A DNA stretch of 64,000 bases from a virus. Under the pieces are notes generated by a model. It ran no database searches. It worked only from the letters and a program-made list of their open reading frames with translations, and was not told the DNA's origin. Of the stretch, positions 40,060 to 50,768 are shown one piece after another. Position 1 is the stretch's first letter, and each line of letters opens with the position of its first letter. Where the stretch lies: the IMG/VR virus record IMGVR_UViG_3300025131_000024, positions 7,165 through 71,164 of that record. One strand, 5' to 3'. Both the position numbers and the translations under genes were made by a program.

Positions 40060-40320
40060 TTATTCCGTTGGCATTGCGATTGACGCTTGATAAGCATTCC
40101 ACGCTGTTATCGCAGCCGAAGTGTGGACTAGTTCGCCTATTGATCGGACAAGAGCATCTTCCCCGGACAGATCATCGCCGGGGTGAACAACGTGACGGTG
40201 GTACGTTTCGGAAAGCAACACACCGTCCTCTTTGATGCGTGTCGCAGTACGAACTTGGAGTTGTTTGTAGTCTCCAAGTACCTCACATTTGTCCACCACT
40301 ATCTCTTTTGTAATAGCCAT
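40060..40320 (-). CDS. tail-fibre-associated small protein
   Basis: MAITKEIVVDK...QVRTATRIKEDG...HRHVV, a type usually found after phage fibre genes. Confidence 0.7.
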   Translation of the reverse strand: MAITKEIVVDKCEVLGDYKQLQVRTATRIKEDGVLLSETYHRHVVHPGDDLSGEDALVRSIGELVHTSAAITAWNAYQASIAMPTE

Positions 40321-40330
40321 CTAAATCCTC

Positions 40331-43300
40331 CTAGTCAGTCACGTATGTGACACCTATCATGATCCCGACATGCGTCCCGTTAATTGATGTCCCGGTCATC
40401 GACTGCCAGACCGCATCGTCTACGTTTTCATATACACCAATATTTCCCGTAGCCGGTGCTACTTGGGCGAGAACATCCCCGGGACTGCCATAAGCAGTAT
40501 CGAAGTTGTAAAGCTGACCGACATAGCCTGATGCGTAAGGACCGCCGGTCTTGTTCACAAACGGAAGCCCCGTTATGTAGGTTCCACTAGTCCCGGTAGA
40601 TTGGCTTTGGACATTTATGTAACAGTACGCAGTCACCAAGTTGCCGACTTTGGTGTAATTGCCTATGGCAGAGGCATACGTGATTGATATGCCGCTAAAT
40701 GCAGGTGTCCACGTTCCTTCCTCATAATCGTCGAGCGTGTTGGCATCTGCGGATGCGTTCTGGGATGCAGGGAACTTGATCTGTCCTCCGAGCAGGGTGA
40801 CGCTCTTGTCGTAGTCGAACCGCACCGACTCTTCCATCGCATCAGCCGCACCCGTTCCCGGATGAACGAAGAAGCTAAACCCCACTTGGTCTGCATCGGC
40901 TGTTCCCTGCCTCACGGCGATAGCAAGGTGACGACGACCACCATTCTCTCCCGGCTTAGAGAATCCTAGCGACGAGCCGAAATTGCCATCTCCTGCGGTT
41001 CCGCTGTCGTCAGTGATTAACGGCCCTGAATACGTTGCGGTAGCCGTTGACCACGGCACATTCCCCTGTATCTGGATACCCGTCGGACCATTTAGGGTGA
41101 GCTTCGTCGCTGACGATACAGATGACGTCGTCAGACCACCGCCAAACGTCGCTCCACCGCCCTGCCACGTGTCGCCCTCTGCGTCCAGAATCCAGCGAGT
41201 CGTAGCGTTATTGCGAATCACCATCAGGTTACCGTTCGCACCGACATTTGCGAACGTGTTGCCGCTAATCAGGTGCGGTCGCCAGTCGATGATTCCACTA
41301 CCCGTTGTCGATTTCGTGGTATCTGCCGCAGCGCCAAGTCCGGCGTTCCAGCGCATCGAGATTTGCTCGGAGTCGGCACCGTCTGTCACAGAGTGAATGA
41401 TGACCCCACCGGATGCTGCCGCACGTTTCTGGATGGCAAAGAACGTGTCCGCCTCTGTTCCCCCTGTCCCTGTAAAGAGATGCCCTACATCAGAGGACTT
41501 GAGCGCAAGTATCTCGTTGTCGTTCGCAGCCTGATTGATGGTCAGACCCTGCGTCATATTGGCGTTTTCCCAGTCACCTATGTACACGGACCCACCGGGG
41601 ACGTTGATATTCCCCGCAGAAGTCCATTGCATCGCCAGAGTCCCAGTGTCGAAGTCTCCCGCTGTCCCATTAACTCGGAGATGAAGTGCAGCACCGTCCG
41701 ACTCTGCCAATCCCATCATATAAGCGGCATTGTATGAGCCGCCAGTCTTGTTCCGCTGCCATGTCGTTATCGGGCCGTGAGCATCCCCGACATTAACGAG
41801 CCTAAGATAATCATCGTCAGAACTAGAAGGGGCGGCTGTGATCGTGAGGCCACTAGCGACACCTGCACCTGAGTTACGACCGCCGAAGTTGTATAGCCCG
41901 TATACTCCGGTTCCATCTTCATCCTGAACACGGAAGACAACATCTTCCTTCGGACTCACCGTCAGCGCACCCGTCGTCGTGCTGATCGTCTGCGCTCCTG
42001 TAAAGGTCAGACCACCGCCAATCGTAGCCGTACCGGCCTGCCATGTAGAACCACCGACACCGGCGATCCATGCACTTGTGCCACCGGCCCGAATAACGAA
42101 CAGGTTTGAGTTTGCTGGAGGCGTAGTGACAGAGGTTCCGCCATCTGAGATGTACGCCTCAAATTGGAGGATGCCGATTCCCGCCGTGGACTTCGTTGTG
42201 TCCGGGGTCAGGTCCGAGGAATAGCCCTGAACAAAGAGGGACCGTGCGTCTGATGTGCTGTCGCTGGCTCCGACTATTTGAAGTCCGCCGCTTGCCGCAA
42301 CTATCTTCTGGAATTTACCGTAGGTATCTGCTTCTAAAATACCCGTAACAGGGTGTGAAACATCGGACGACTTGAGCGCAAGTATCTCGTTGTCAGCAGC
42401 ACCCTGATTGATCGTCAGACCCTGCGTCATGCTGCCGTTGGCGGTGTCGCCTATGTAGACCGAGCCAGCAGAGTCAATCCGCATCCGTTCGGTGGCTGAA
42501 GCAGCCTCGTCCGCTGTCGTTGCAAAGACCAACCTGCCGGGAGTGTCATTCCCTCCCGGTGTTCCGTCAATGTAGGCTCCTATCCGTGCCGCCTCCGAAG
42601 TCATGTCAGTACCATCTGCTGGATTGAAAACGATCACGCCAATCTCGTCGTCGTCTTGTACGACGGTCATGGTTCCGAGAGTATCGCTCCTAGATTTCCC
42701 GAAGTGTAATCTTGCTCCAAATCCGTCGGCCTTAAACATCTGCATCGAGATACGAGAGTCGCCATAGTTGCCGTCCGCCGCACTCCCAATGACTTGTAAT
42801 TCCGGGGTGTGGCTCCCGATTGCCAACGCAGCCGAGTGGCCTACGACAAGACCTCCAGCATCTGGAATATTAACTAGACCAGCAGAGTCGATACGCATCC
42901 GTAGGACTGCGCTGTCCCCTAGTGTCGTATTAGATGTACCCGTGTAGAAGTCGTGGTACTTGATACCGTTGTAGGAACTAGCAGCAACCCGTGACTTCCC
43001 GTAGGTGATGAAGCTGTCACCACTCTCTTGCGTCCCCTCGATCAGAAGGACATCTTCCTCGGCGTTCAGGTAATGCTCCATCGTGACGGTAGCGGACTTG
43101 TTGGACGAGTCGGTGTTGAGGTCAGAGATGTGCAGCGATACCGCTCCCGCAGACGCAGGGATGATCGTAGCCGTACCGACACCGTTGATCGTGGTAGCCG
43201 TCAACGCTCCCGTATCGAGCGTAGATGAGCCGTTGTCGATGTTGCCGAAGTTGCTCGTGATGGAGCCACCGTCAAGTGCGCCAACTGACGTAATGCCGGT

Positions 43301-46300
43301 CTGTGCAGCATTTATGTAGCTAGAGGTAATCGCTGTTCCGTTCCACGTACCAGAGGTTATTGTACCTACACCTGTAATGTTAGATTGATTAGCTACTGAT
43401 ACTAAACCAGCGTTCGTCAAAGCTGCCGTAGTACCCATAGTCAATGTGCCAGCTATCGTAGTGGTGGAAGCGGCTCCCGCACCGATTGTTACATCTATCT
43501 CTCCGTCATCTGTCGCTTGCCCTAATAGTTGTAGCCCTGCTGTAACGGTAGCGTCATTTTCTGCTACATAGAATTTCATTGCAGCCGCTTCAGAACCATG
43601 GTCAGCTTCTACGATGGTAGTTTGTATCCTAGCAAGTTCTTCGGCAGCATTGTTAGATGCATCAGTTCCGTAGAACGTAATAGTTCCAAGGACATCGTTA
43701 TCAGCACCCTGTCCAGAGGCGGGGTCTTTCACGAATTTTATGAATCCAGCAGTAGCATCTGCATGGGTGTTTGTAATAGATACAATTGGTAGGTTGGCAC
43801 TAGCTGAGGTAGCAGCTAAACTTGTTGCTGCTCCAGCCGATACTGCTGCCCAAGTGGGGACTCCCGAAGCTAGGGTTAATACTTGGTCATCATCACCCTT
43901 GCCTAACCTTGTTACAGTTCCAGATGAGCCACCATATATAACATCCCCTTCCGCACTCATCGGAGAAAGGGCATCAAACCCGGCGGTAGCCGTGCTTGCG
44001 CCAGTACCACCGTGGGCTACGGCAACATCAGTAGCTTCCCATGTACCCGTGGTAATTGTCCCAACCCCCGTTATTTGAGTTTGGGAAGCATCTACACTGA
44101 GGGAATGAGCTATGTTTTCTCCACTAGTCGCTCCTGTGGAAGTAAGCCCGGTTCCTGCTGTAATATTTTGAACATAATCTCCAGTAGTATGAGTAGCTAA
44201 TGTAATGAGATTAGTTAAACTTGTGGCTCCTGTTCCACCTTGGGCTACCGCAACCGTTGTCCCTTCCCATGTACCCGAAGTTATGGTGCCTACCCCGGTA
44301 ATGTTAGATTGGTTCGCTACAGTTACTAATCCTGAAGAGTTTATGGCTTCAGTAGTACCTGAATATATAGACCCATCAAACCTAGCGTTTCCTGTATCTA
44401 CCCACATAGCCCAATTACGGGTAATAGTCTGATTCGTACCCGCTGTAGCTGCGTTATTGATATACAATGTTGCCGCATCGCTAGTGGTAACAGAGGCGTT
44501 AGTTGCCGCAAGAGTTGGAGCCTCTAAAGCAACATGCGTGTATTTAGTCGCTGTCCCCGATCCAGCAGTATTACTATCAGTAATAGTTGAAGTATCTATG
44601 TGGATCATAGCTCCATCACCCGGCGTGACAGACTTATCTCCATCTAAAGTAATATCTGTCGCATATACTCCACCTATATCCAAATCACCCAGAGTACCCG
44701 ATATTACTTCCGAAGCTATAGAAGCCTCTTTTACAAAGGATAATCTCCCCACACTATCGTCGTATCCTAAGAAAGCGGTTTTAGCGGCATCAGTGTAATA
44801 CTGTAAGGCTAAACCAACATCTTTGTTAGTGTCTGCTCCTAAAGCTCCCCCACCTGATGCGGTCTGTAGATGCATAATCGGGTCAACTACAGTGGTTACA
44901 GTCGAGTCGATTGTGGTGGTAGTCCCTGTAACAGTCAAATTACCAGCAGAAACAGTTCCGGTAGTAGTAATATCACTAGCACCCGTGTTTATAGTGCCAA
45001 AGTTAGAAGTTATTGAACCCGCATCTAAAATTCCAACACTGGTTATCTGAGTCTGAGATGCATCTACACTAAGCGAGTGAGCAATATTTTCTCCACTTGT
45101 TGCACCCGTAGAGGTTAATCCGGTCCCCGCAGTAATATTTTGAACATAGTCACCCGTGGTGTGTGTTGCTAGTGTAATCAGATTAGTTAAACTTGTTGCC
45201 CCCGTACCGCCTTGATCAACTGCTACTGTAGTACCTTCCCAAGTACCTGTAGTAATAGTCCCAACACCCGTTATCTGTGTCTGAGATGCATCAACGCTTA
45301 AGCTGTGATCAACATCCTCTCCACTTGTTGCTCCAGTTGAAGTTAATCCGGTTCCCGCAGTAATCGTTTTAACAAAATCCCCGGTGGTGTGTGTTGCTAG
45401 TGTAATCAGATTGTTAAGGGATGATGCTCCCGTGCCACCGTCTGCGACAGCAACGTCTGTACCGCCAGCACGATAAATAGCATTCCCTTCAATGGTTAAA
45501 TCTCCAGAACCAGATCGTGCTAATGTAGTGTCTGAAGCATGCCCAAGTTCTATGGCTCCCGCTGTGGTAATAGTTGTATCATCATTAATAGTTAAAGCTG
45601 TCGCTAGAGAGTTTAATGAACTTCCAGAAGCAGCTTCGTTTGCTACTTGGAAAACAATGGCACCACCAGCACCCGACCCTTTACCTTGACCACCTTGGAA
45701 GGTAAGTGCGCCACCTGCTTGGTTGTTACTAGTACCCGCCGTAGTAGCACCTGCGGAAACGGTTAGTGCCGTACCTGCTGCATCATGAGCAGAAGCAGTA
45801 GGGATGAGTTTATTGCTTGAGAATAGTAAATCAGTTTCAGCTTGAATTGCAGATGTACCATTGCCTGTCAGTACCGCATTAGAAGTAAGTGAAGAAGCTC
45901 CTGTACCGCCATGTGCAACAGCAACGTCTGTAGCTTCCCATACACCTGTAGCGATGGTGCCTACTGCTGTTATCTGCGTCTGAGAAGCATCGACTCCAAT
46001 TACCGAACTAGAGGCAGTTAGACCTGTACCTGCAAATAATGTTGCTACATCAGCTAAGTCACCTTTAACGGACGCATTACTATCAGTAGTGTCTGTAAAT
46101 ACAATGTAGTCACCGTCGGCAATTGCTGTATCTGCAAGTTCCGAAAGATCGAGCGCAAGCGTTACTCCACCGCTACTTCCACCACCGGATAGACCCGTCC
46201 CAGCGGTTACGCTCTCAATGTCTCCAGCAGCAGCAGCAGCCCAAGCTATATCTGTACCGTCAGACGTAAGAACATAATTATTGGAGCCTACTGTTAATTC

Positions 46301-46999
46301 AGCAGTAGCAGCACTAGCATTACCGATAATTATGCTTCCTCTTGCTATGTCCTCTATCTTTGCAAGAGTTACTTGGTTATCTGCTATGTGGGCGGTGTCG
46401 ATAGACCCATCGGTATAGTGGTCACTGTCGATGGCATCGTTGGCTATGTAGGCAGAAGCAATCGCTGTTCCCTGCCACGTACCACTTGCAATCGTACCTA
46501 CTGCGTCAATACTGCTTTCAATAGCAGCAGCAACTTCAGATGCGCTTAGACCTTCAACGGATGTGCCATCAACCCGTAAAAAGTCATTATCCGCAACACC
46601 ACTTGTAAAGACGGGAACATTCGTATTTGATATTCCTGTTGCAGCAACAGCAGCAGTTCCAAGTCCAAGAGATGTGCGAGCAGTTGCTCCAGATTCGACT
46701 ACCCATGCGGAACCATTACCTACTATAAAGTTGCTATCAGCGTCAGATAAAGCGGTTATATCGGTAACGGCTTGGCTAGCTGTTAACGCCCAAACAGCCG
46801 CCCCCGCAGCAGGATCAGCACAGAAATAAATAGCGTCAGAGGATACGTTGACCCATATAGAGCCTACGTTATATCCACTATCTATATCATCTCCAACGCC
46901 CGGATTAGAAGTAGCGGTTATATTTCTAGGTAAACCTTGCGTAAACAAGGCTTGTCTAGATAAACCACCCGAATGTTCCCTAGCAACATTTTTAGCCAT
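40331..46999 (-). CDS. long tail fibre protein (2222 aa)
   Basis: Gly/Thr/Ala-rich repeats ITGVGTITxGTW...VAxGGTGA; C-terminal NTLDDYEEGTWTP...YTKVGNLVT. Confidence 0.85.
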   Translation of the reverse strand: MAKNVAREHSGGLSRQALFTQGLPRNITATSNPGVGDDIDSGYNVGSIWVNVSSDAIYFCADPAAGAAVWALTASQAVTDITALSDADSNFIVGNGSAWVVESGATARTSLGLGTAAVAATGISNTNVPVFTSGVADNDFLRVDGTSVEGLSASEVAAAIESSIDAVGTIASGTWQGTAIASAYIANDAIDSDHYTDGSIDTAHIADNQVTLAKIEDIARGSIIIGNASAATAELTVGSNNYVLTSDGTDIAWAAAAAGDIESVTAGTGLSGGGSSGGVTLALDLSELADTAIADGDYIVFTDTTDSNASVKGDLADVATLFAGTGLTASSSVIGVDASQTQITAVGTIATGVWEATDVAVAHGGTGASSLTSNAVLTGNGTSAIQAETDLLFSSNKLIPTASAHDAAGTALTVSAGATTAGTSNNQAGGALTFQGGQGKGSGAGGAIVFQVANEAASGSSLNSLATALTINDDTTITTAGAIELGHASDTTLARSGSGDLTIEGNAIYRAGGTDVAVADGGTGASSLNNLITLATHTTGDFVKTITAGTGLTSTGATSGEDVDHSLSVDASQTQITGVGTITTGTWEGTTVAVDQGGTGATSLTNLITLATHTTGDYVQNITAGTGLTSTGATSGENIAHSLSVDASQTQITSVGILDAGSITSNFGTINTGASDITTTGTVSAGNLTVTGTTTTIDSTVTTVVDPIMHLQTASGGGALGADTNKDVGLALQYYTDAAKTAFLGYDDSVGRLSFVKEASIASEVISGTLGDLDIGGVYATDITLDGDKSVTPGDGAMIHIDTSTITDSNTAGSGTATKYTHVALEAPTLAATNASVTTSDAATLYINNAATAGTNQTITRNWAMWVDTGNARFDGSIYSGTTEAINSSGLVTVANQSNITGVGTITSGTWEGTTVAVAQGGTGATSLTNLITLATHTTGDYVQNITAGTGLTSTGATSGENIAHSLSVDASQTQITGVGTITTGTWEATDVAVAHGGTGASTATAGFDALSPMSAEGDVIYGGSSGTVTRLGKGDDDQVLTLASGVPTWAAVSAGAATSLAATSASANLPIVSITNTHADATAGFIKFVKDPASGQGADNDVLGTITFYGTDASNNAAEELARIQTTIVEADHGSEAAAMKFYVAENDATVTAGLQLLGQATDDGEIDVTIGAGAASTTTIAGTLTMGTTAALTNAGLVSVANQSNITGVGTITSGTWNGTAITSSYINAAQTGITSVGALDGGSITSNFGNIDNGSSTLDTGALTATTINGVGTATIIPASAGAVSLHISDLNTDSSNKSATVTMEHYLNAEEDVLLIEGTQESGDSFITYGKSRVAASSYNGIKYHDFYTGTSNTTLGDSAVLRMRIDSAGLVNIPDAGGLVVGHSAALAIGSHTPELQVIGSAADGNYGDSRISMQMFKADGFGARLHFGKSRSDTLGTMTVVQDDDEIGVIVFNPADGTDMTSEAARIGAYIDGTPGGNDTPGRLVFATTADEAASATERMRIDSAGSVYIGDTANGSMTQGLTINQGAADNEILALKSSDVSHPVTGILEADTYGKFQKIVAASGGLQIVGASDSTSDARSLFVQGYSSDLTPDTTKSTAGIGILQFEAYISDGGTSVTTPPANSNLFVIRAGGTSAWIAGVGGSTWQAGTATIGGGLTFTGAQTISTTTGALTVSPKEDVVFRVQDEDGTGVYGLYNFGGRNSGAGVASGLTITAAPSSSDDDYLRLVNVGDAHGPITTWQRNKTGGSYNAAYMMGLAESDGAALHLRVNGTAGDFDTGTLAMQWTSAGNINVPGGSVYIGDWENANMTQGLTINQAANDNEILALKSSDVGHLFTGTGGTEADTFFAIQKRAAASGGVIIHSVTDGADSEQISMRWNAGLGAAADTTKSTTGSGIIDWRPHLISGNTFANVGANGNLMVIRNNATTRWILDAEGDTWQGGGATFGGGLTTSSVSSATKLTLNGPTGIQIQGNVPWSTATATYSGPLITDDSGTAGDGNFGSSLGFSKPGENGGRRHLAIAVRQGTADADQVGFSFFVHPGTGAADAMEESVRFDYDKSVTLLGGQIKFPASQNASADANTLDDYEEGTWTPAFSGISITYASAIGNYTKVGNLVTAYCYINVQSQSTGTSGTYITGLPFVNKTGGPYASGYVGQLYNFDTAYGSPGDVLAQVAPATGNIGVYENVDDAVWQSMTGTSINGTHVGIMIGVTYVTD
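44070..45420 (-). repeat. three near-identical intragenic repeats in the fibre gene
   Basis: LITLATHTTGD(Y/F)V..ITAGTGLTSTGATSGE..HSLSVDASQTQIT occurs three times. Confidence 0.8.
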
Positions 47000-47004
47000 T
47001 CACG

Positions 47005-47343
47005 TTATCTACCCCATGCAATGCCACGAATGCGGCCATTAGAATCATTTGCCGCCACGATTACATTAAGACTAACCCCAATATAAATATTGGTATCTGA
47101 ATACCCTTCTCCCGCTGGAACTAACAAGCTCCCAGCAGTCGTACTCTGTACCGCATCATCATCGAACTCTATATAGAGGTCATTAGTTTCACAGATGAGA
47201 GAAATTTTTTGAAAATATTCGGCGTTACCCGCAACGGTAAACACAGTTTCAGAGGTATTCCCTGTAGTTGTATGAGTAAAGGCCTTATGCTTTGAATAGG
47301 GTTGCCAAGTTCTGGCCTCTTCGTGCCATTGCGGAGTTGTCAT
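47005..47343 (-). CDS. hypothetical (probably virion) protein
   Basis: beta-rich ORF in the structural operon. Confidence 0.6.
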   Translation of the reverse strand: MTTPQWHEEARTWQPYSKHKAFTHTTTGNTSETVFTVAGNAEYFQKISLICETNDLYIEFDDDAVQSTTAGSLLVPAGEGYSDTNIYIGVSLNVIVAANDSNGRIRGIAWGR

Positions 47344-47347
47344 ATAG

Positions 47348-47665
47348 TTAGTACCTCATCAGGGGGTTGGTTCCATCGCCCACCATTATTCGCTGAGGAC
47401 CAGCCTTAGGTAAAGGTTGGTATCCTGCTACTCTCATTGCACTATCGTCTGTAGTTGGTTTAGCGTGAGTAAACGCTTTAGAGTAATCAAAAGGTCGATT
47501 TCTATTATCTTCTACACGAGCTTCAAGAATCTTAATTTGTTCTTTAAGCTCTAAATTTTCTTTACTCACTCCATGTACGTCAATTTTTCTAGTAGTCGGT
47601 GTGGTAGGAAACTCCCCCCACTTAAATTTATTGCCGCCCGTGGGTATTACGTCCTTACGCTTCAT
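47348..47665 (-). CDS. hypothetical protein
   Basis: coupled ORF. Confidence 0.6.
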   Translation of the reverse strand: MKRKDVIPTGGNKFKWGEFPTTPTTRKIDVHGVSKENLELKEQIKILEARVEDNRNRPFDYSKAFTHAKPTTDDSAMRVAGYQPLPKAGPQRIMVGDGTNPLMRY

Positions 47666-48182
47666 ACTCTATCTCTCTAACTTCGCCCCCAGAGAAAGGA
47701 GCCCCTAAAAAGAGTTTCTTGATATTCTCAACAAATTTCCACGACTCTTCATTAGGGTCAACAGAAAACAGTACTTCTGAACCTAACCCATTTTCAAATG
47801 CGTTTGCCCCGCAAACCATCAGGTTTTCAAGATCAGCCATCATGCTAGGCTTTGACCACCCCAACTCTAGACCTTTCCTGTCTTTATACGCATTAAAGAA
47901 GCCTGCAACCTTTCCACCAGCTAGAATTTCAGCTTGGAGGTAATAAGGTTTTCGTTCCACTACTGCAACAGGAGTTTCGATTACCTCTTCTTTTTTAATA
48001 GCCTCTCCCTTTTTAGCTTCAGGCTTCTTCCTTGCAGGAGCTTTAGCCTTAGCTTTAGGTTTCGGGGCTTCTACTACAGGAGCCTCTTCAAGTTCTTGAT
48101 TTAGTTGATCCTGCTTCTTCCTCATTAGGTCAATCGCTTGGGCTTCAAATTTTGGGTCTGGGGCTGGATAATCCATAACCAT
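47655..48182 (-). CDS. hypothetical protein with Lys/Ala/Pro-rich linker
   Basis: AGGAG RBS; coupled ORF. Confidence 0.65.
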   Translation of the reverse strand: MVMDYPAPDPKFEAQAIDLMRKKQDQLNQELEEAPVVEAPKPKAKAKAPARKKPEAKKGEAIKKEEVIETPVAVVERKPYYLQAEILAGGKVAGFFNAYKDRKGLELGWSKPSMMADLENLMVCGANAFENGLGSEVLFSVDPNEESWKFVENIKKLFLGAPFSGGEVREIEYEA

Positions 48183-49024
48183 TACTCATCTCCTTTGTCT
48201 TTCATTGCTTCGCCTAATAAATCTCTCCACGAGAAATTTTTCTCTACTTTGCCACGTTCTGCTGTTGCTCGTCTATCAAGTTCTTCCTCAACCTCGAATA
48301 GCTTGGCTTTGTACATATTAGATATGTCTTTATAGCCTTGCTTATCCCAGTATTTAACTTGATCGTTAATGCCAGAAATAATTTCATCTAGCTGATCTTG
48401 ATCCATATCAGTGAGAGCCATGAAATTATCCTCGCCACCAAAGCCACCCCCGTTAGTACGGCTAGGGGCTCCAACTAATCCCGCTATATTAGAACCTGTA
48501 ACAGGCTCATCATTTTGGATCGGGGCTGGGGTTTGCCCATAGGGATTGTATCCCGCTACTTGAGGATTGGGGGTTCCCAGTGGGGCCTGAGCAGTAGGGG
48601 AAGGGCCTTGCCTTGAGTAATCCACCATGTTTGGCTTGTGCCACTGGTGTGTAATAGGATTCCACTGCGCCCCCGGAAATGGGGGTGGGCCTTTAGGTGC
48701 GGACGGGGATGAAGAAGCACTTCTCCTAGTCGCCGGGTAATTATGCACCCCTAACCCTGCCCCTTTTTGGTGGGATCGCTTGTAGGGATTAGTTCCTACA
48801 GGACGACCGGGTGCGCCAATAGGAGCTTTACGTAAGTTTACGAGTTCCTCTGTCCATTTAGGGAACATTTTAGCCAAAGAAAGAGCTTTTCGAGTGTTAT
48901 TTAGCTGCTTTATTTGTGAATTGGCTACAGCATACGCAGATTCTTCTTTAGTGCGTCCTTGCTCAGGCGTAAAGTCAGGGTCATTCATAAGTGAATTTAC
49001 AATATTGTCAACTTGTTCAGGCAT
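48182..49024 (-). CDS. hypothetical Pro/Gly-rich protein (possible virion internal protein)
   Basis: GGAGG RBS; first gene of the structural run. Confidence 0.65.
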   Translation of the reverse strand: MPEQVDNIVNSLMNDPDFTPEQGRTKEESAYAVANSQIKQLNNTRKALSLAKMFPKWTEELVNLRKAPIGAPGRPVGTNPYKRSHQKGAGLGVHNYPATRRSASSSPSAPKGPPPFPGAQWNPITHQWHKPNMVDYSRQGPSPTAQAPLGTPNPQVAGYNPYGQTPAPIQNDEPVTGSNIAGLVGAPSRTNGGGFGGEDNFMALTDMDQDQLDEIISGINDQVKYWDKQGYKDISNMYKAKLFEVEEELDRRATAERGKVEKNFSWRDLLGEAMKDKGDE

Positions 49025-49080
49025 TAATGCCTCCGTTTAGATTGGTTAAGTCTGTAGTCTTAGCTACCAAGTCTTTTCTA

Positions 49081-49113
49081 AAAAATAAAAAAAAGACAGC
49101 CGAAGCTGTCTTT
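49081..49113 (-). terminator. rho-independent terminator
   Basis: AAAGACAGC-TTCG-GCTGTCTTT followed by a T-run. Confidence 0.85.
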
Positions 49114-49154
49114 ACTAATCTGTTCTATTGTTATTATACTCGGAAGATATTGTT

Positions 49155-49418
49155 TTAGATGTTAGTTACCTCAGATTGAGAACCTGTTTGAATCAAGTCA
49201 CCAAGGATATTTTCCCGAATTTCTGTGGATTTACGTACTTCTTCAACATCAAACTCATAATAATGCTCACCACCTTCTCCAGTGTGGTGATATGTTCCTG
49301 TTGCTCCCCCGCCTTTGAAAATTTGGGAAGACACTTTAGAAGAACCTTCTATATGCAGTACAACTTTACCGTTTTTAGAGGCATCACATAAGTTTATTAA
49401 AGTGTTATTGTCTACCAA
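49155..49418 (-). CDS. hypothetical protein
   Basis: AGGAG RBS upstream; the start may be the ATG a few codons earlier. Confidence 0.6.
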   Translation of the reverse strand: MVDNNTLINLCDASKNGKVVLHIEGSSKVSSQIFKGGGATGTYHHTGEGGEHYYEFDVEEVRKSTEIRENILGDLIQTGSQSEVTNI

Positions 49419-49483
49419 AACATTTCTCCTTAGTCTATCCTTATAGGGAGGAGTCTCCGTATTTATTATACGGATACGACTCC

Positions 49484-49600
49484 TTATTTCCTAGTTTCCT
49501 TCTGCCCTCTTTTTTTAGCACAGGCCATACACACCGTATTTCCAGTTTTAGCGTGTAGTTTACGTCCGCATCGACATTTTATCCACGACTTTCGGGCCAT
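49484..49600 (-). CDS. 38-aa zinc-ribbon peptide
   Basis: MARKSWIKCRCGRKLHAKTGNTVCMACAKK...; GGGAG RBS. Confidence 0.5.
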   Translation of the reverse strand: MARKSWIKCRCGRKLHAKTGNTVCMACAKKRGQKETRK

Positions 49601-49746
49601 TCACTAACTCCCCAATATTATTATTATTGTTTTTAATGCTGTAACACAAGCGACGATACCTAGCAGAGCAGAGATGGCGAAGGCTAGTACCTCCTCCCTT
49701 TCATCGTCGTCCATGGCATTAAGTCCCTATAAATTGTTTTACTCGT

Positions 49747-50277
49747 TTATTCCACTATCCTAGTAAGTTTTTGGGGGCTTCCACCACCCGGTGACTTATT
49801 TCCTCCATCTCCACTTTTCTGCATTCCACTAGACCGCATATCGGCCTCATCATAACTCTCCGAACTAATTCCTGAGTTCGCCATCCAGTTAGACAGAGCA
49901 GGGGACGGGCCTTCATTGCCTCCTCCACCTAGTCCTGCGGGCATTGTACCCATAACCTGTGCTACCAAGGGGTCAGGTTCTCCCTGTGGAGGCTCCTCAG
50001 AGGGCGTAAGAGGTGCTACAACCTCGATGGCACCCACCGAGCCTAATACAGGAGGCGGAGACACAGCTTGACCGCTTGTGACGCTTCCTAGCAGAGCTAT
50101 TACTTTTGTCACTTCCTCAGGAGGTTGGGACAAAATATCGAGTACTGTCTCGTAACTCTTAAGGTGTGTGAGGAGGTTGGTAGATATAACAGGAGAAATG
50201 TCCTGCCCCTTGGCTACTACCTCCTGTACATCCTTCAACCAGTCTGTTGCTTCACTCATATTAGCTATCTCCTTCAA
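49747..50277 (-). CDS. hypothetical protein
   Basis: AGGAG RBS before MSEATD. Confidence 0.6.
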   Translation of the reverse strand: MKEIANMSEATDWLKDVQEVVAKGQDISPVISTNLLTHLKSYETVLDILSQPPEEVTKVIALLGSVTSGQAVSPPPVLGSVGAIEVVAPLTPSEEPPQGEPDPLVAQVMGTMPAGLGGGGNEGPSPALSNWMANSGISSESYDEADMRSSGMQKSGDGGNKSPGGGSPQKLTRIVE

Positions 50278-50550
50278 AATTAAACACTAATAGGTCGTTA
50301 TTAGCCTTGTCGTGCTTCATAGCTATGTCTAATCTATTGTGTGTAGTCCTGTAGACGTTAAGCCTATTCAGCAGTTTACACACACCTTTAGCTGCTTTTT
50401 CGTGTATGTGGGGGATTCTTATGCCCTTACCGGGCTGTAGGTGTAGAAAAACGGCCTGACACTCGGGGGAAATCTCTGCCCCCGTACCGCTCGCCTTCCC
50501 ACGCTTACTTCTAGTCCCGAATTCCAGTTTAGTTATGCCCTTATACATGG
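50261..50550 (-). CDS. basic hypothetical protein
   Basis: likely start MYKG overlapping the upstream stop; end and start approximate. Confidence 0.5.
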
Positions 50551-50768
50551 TACCCTGCACAATCTTCGTGACATAACTCTTCCTCACCCTGATACTTGCC
50601 AATTTGAGCAAGAACGTGCTGAATTGCAGCATTCCATCGCTTGTGTTGGGCCTCTGTGTCGGGTCTGCGGGCGAAAAACCACTCCTCTACCTTATAAGGG
50701 GACGTATTTTTCAACGTATCCGATAGAAAGTGCCATACTACCGCTTCATACTCTCGTTGAGTTGCCAT
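50541..50768 (-). CDS. hypothetical protein
   Basis: AGGAG RBS. Confidence 0.6.
   Translation of the reverse strand: MATQREYEAVVWHFLSDTLKNTSPYKVEEWFFARRPDTEAQHKRWNAAIQHVLAQIGKYQGEEELCHEDCAGYHV

Noticed and set aside
40331-46999. Diversity-generating retroelement acting on the fibre repeats
   Set aside because: Repeats are in-frame and intragenic, differ mainly at synonymous sites rather than only at adenines, and there is no reverse transcriptase in the window
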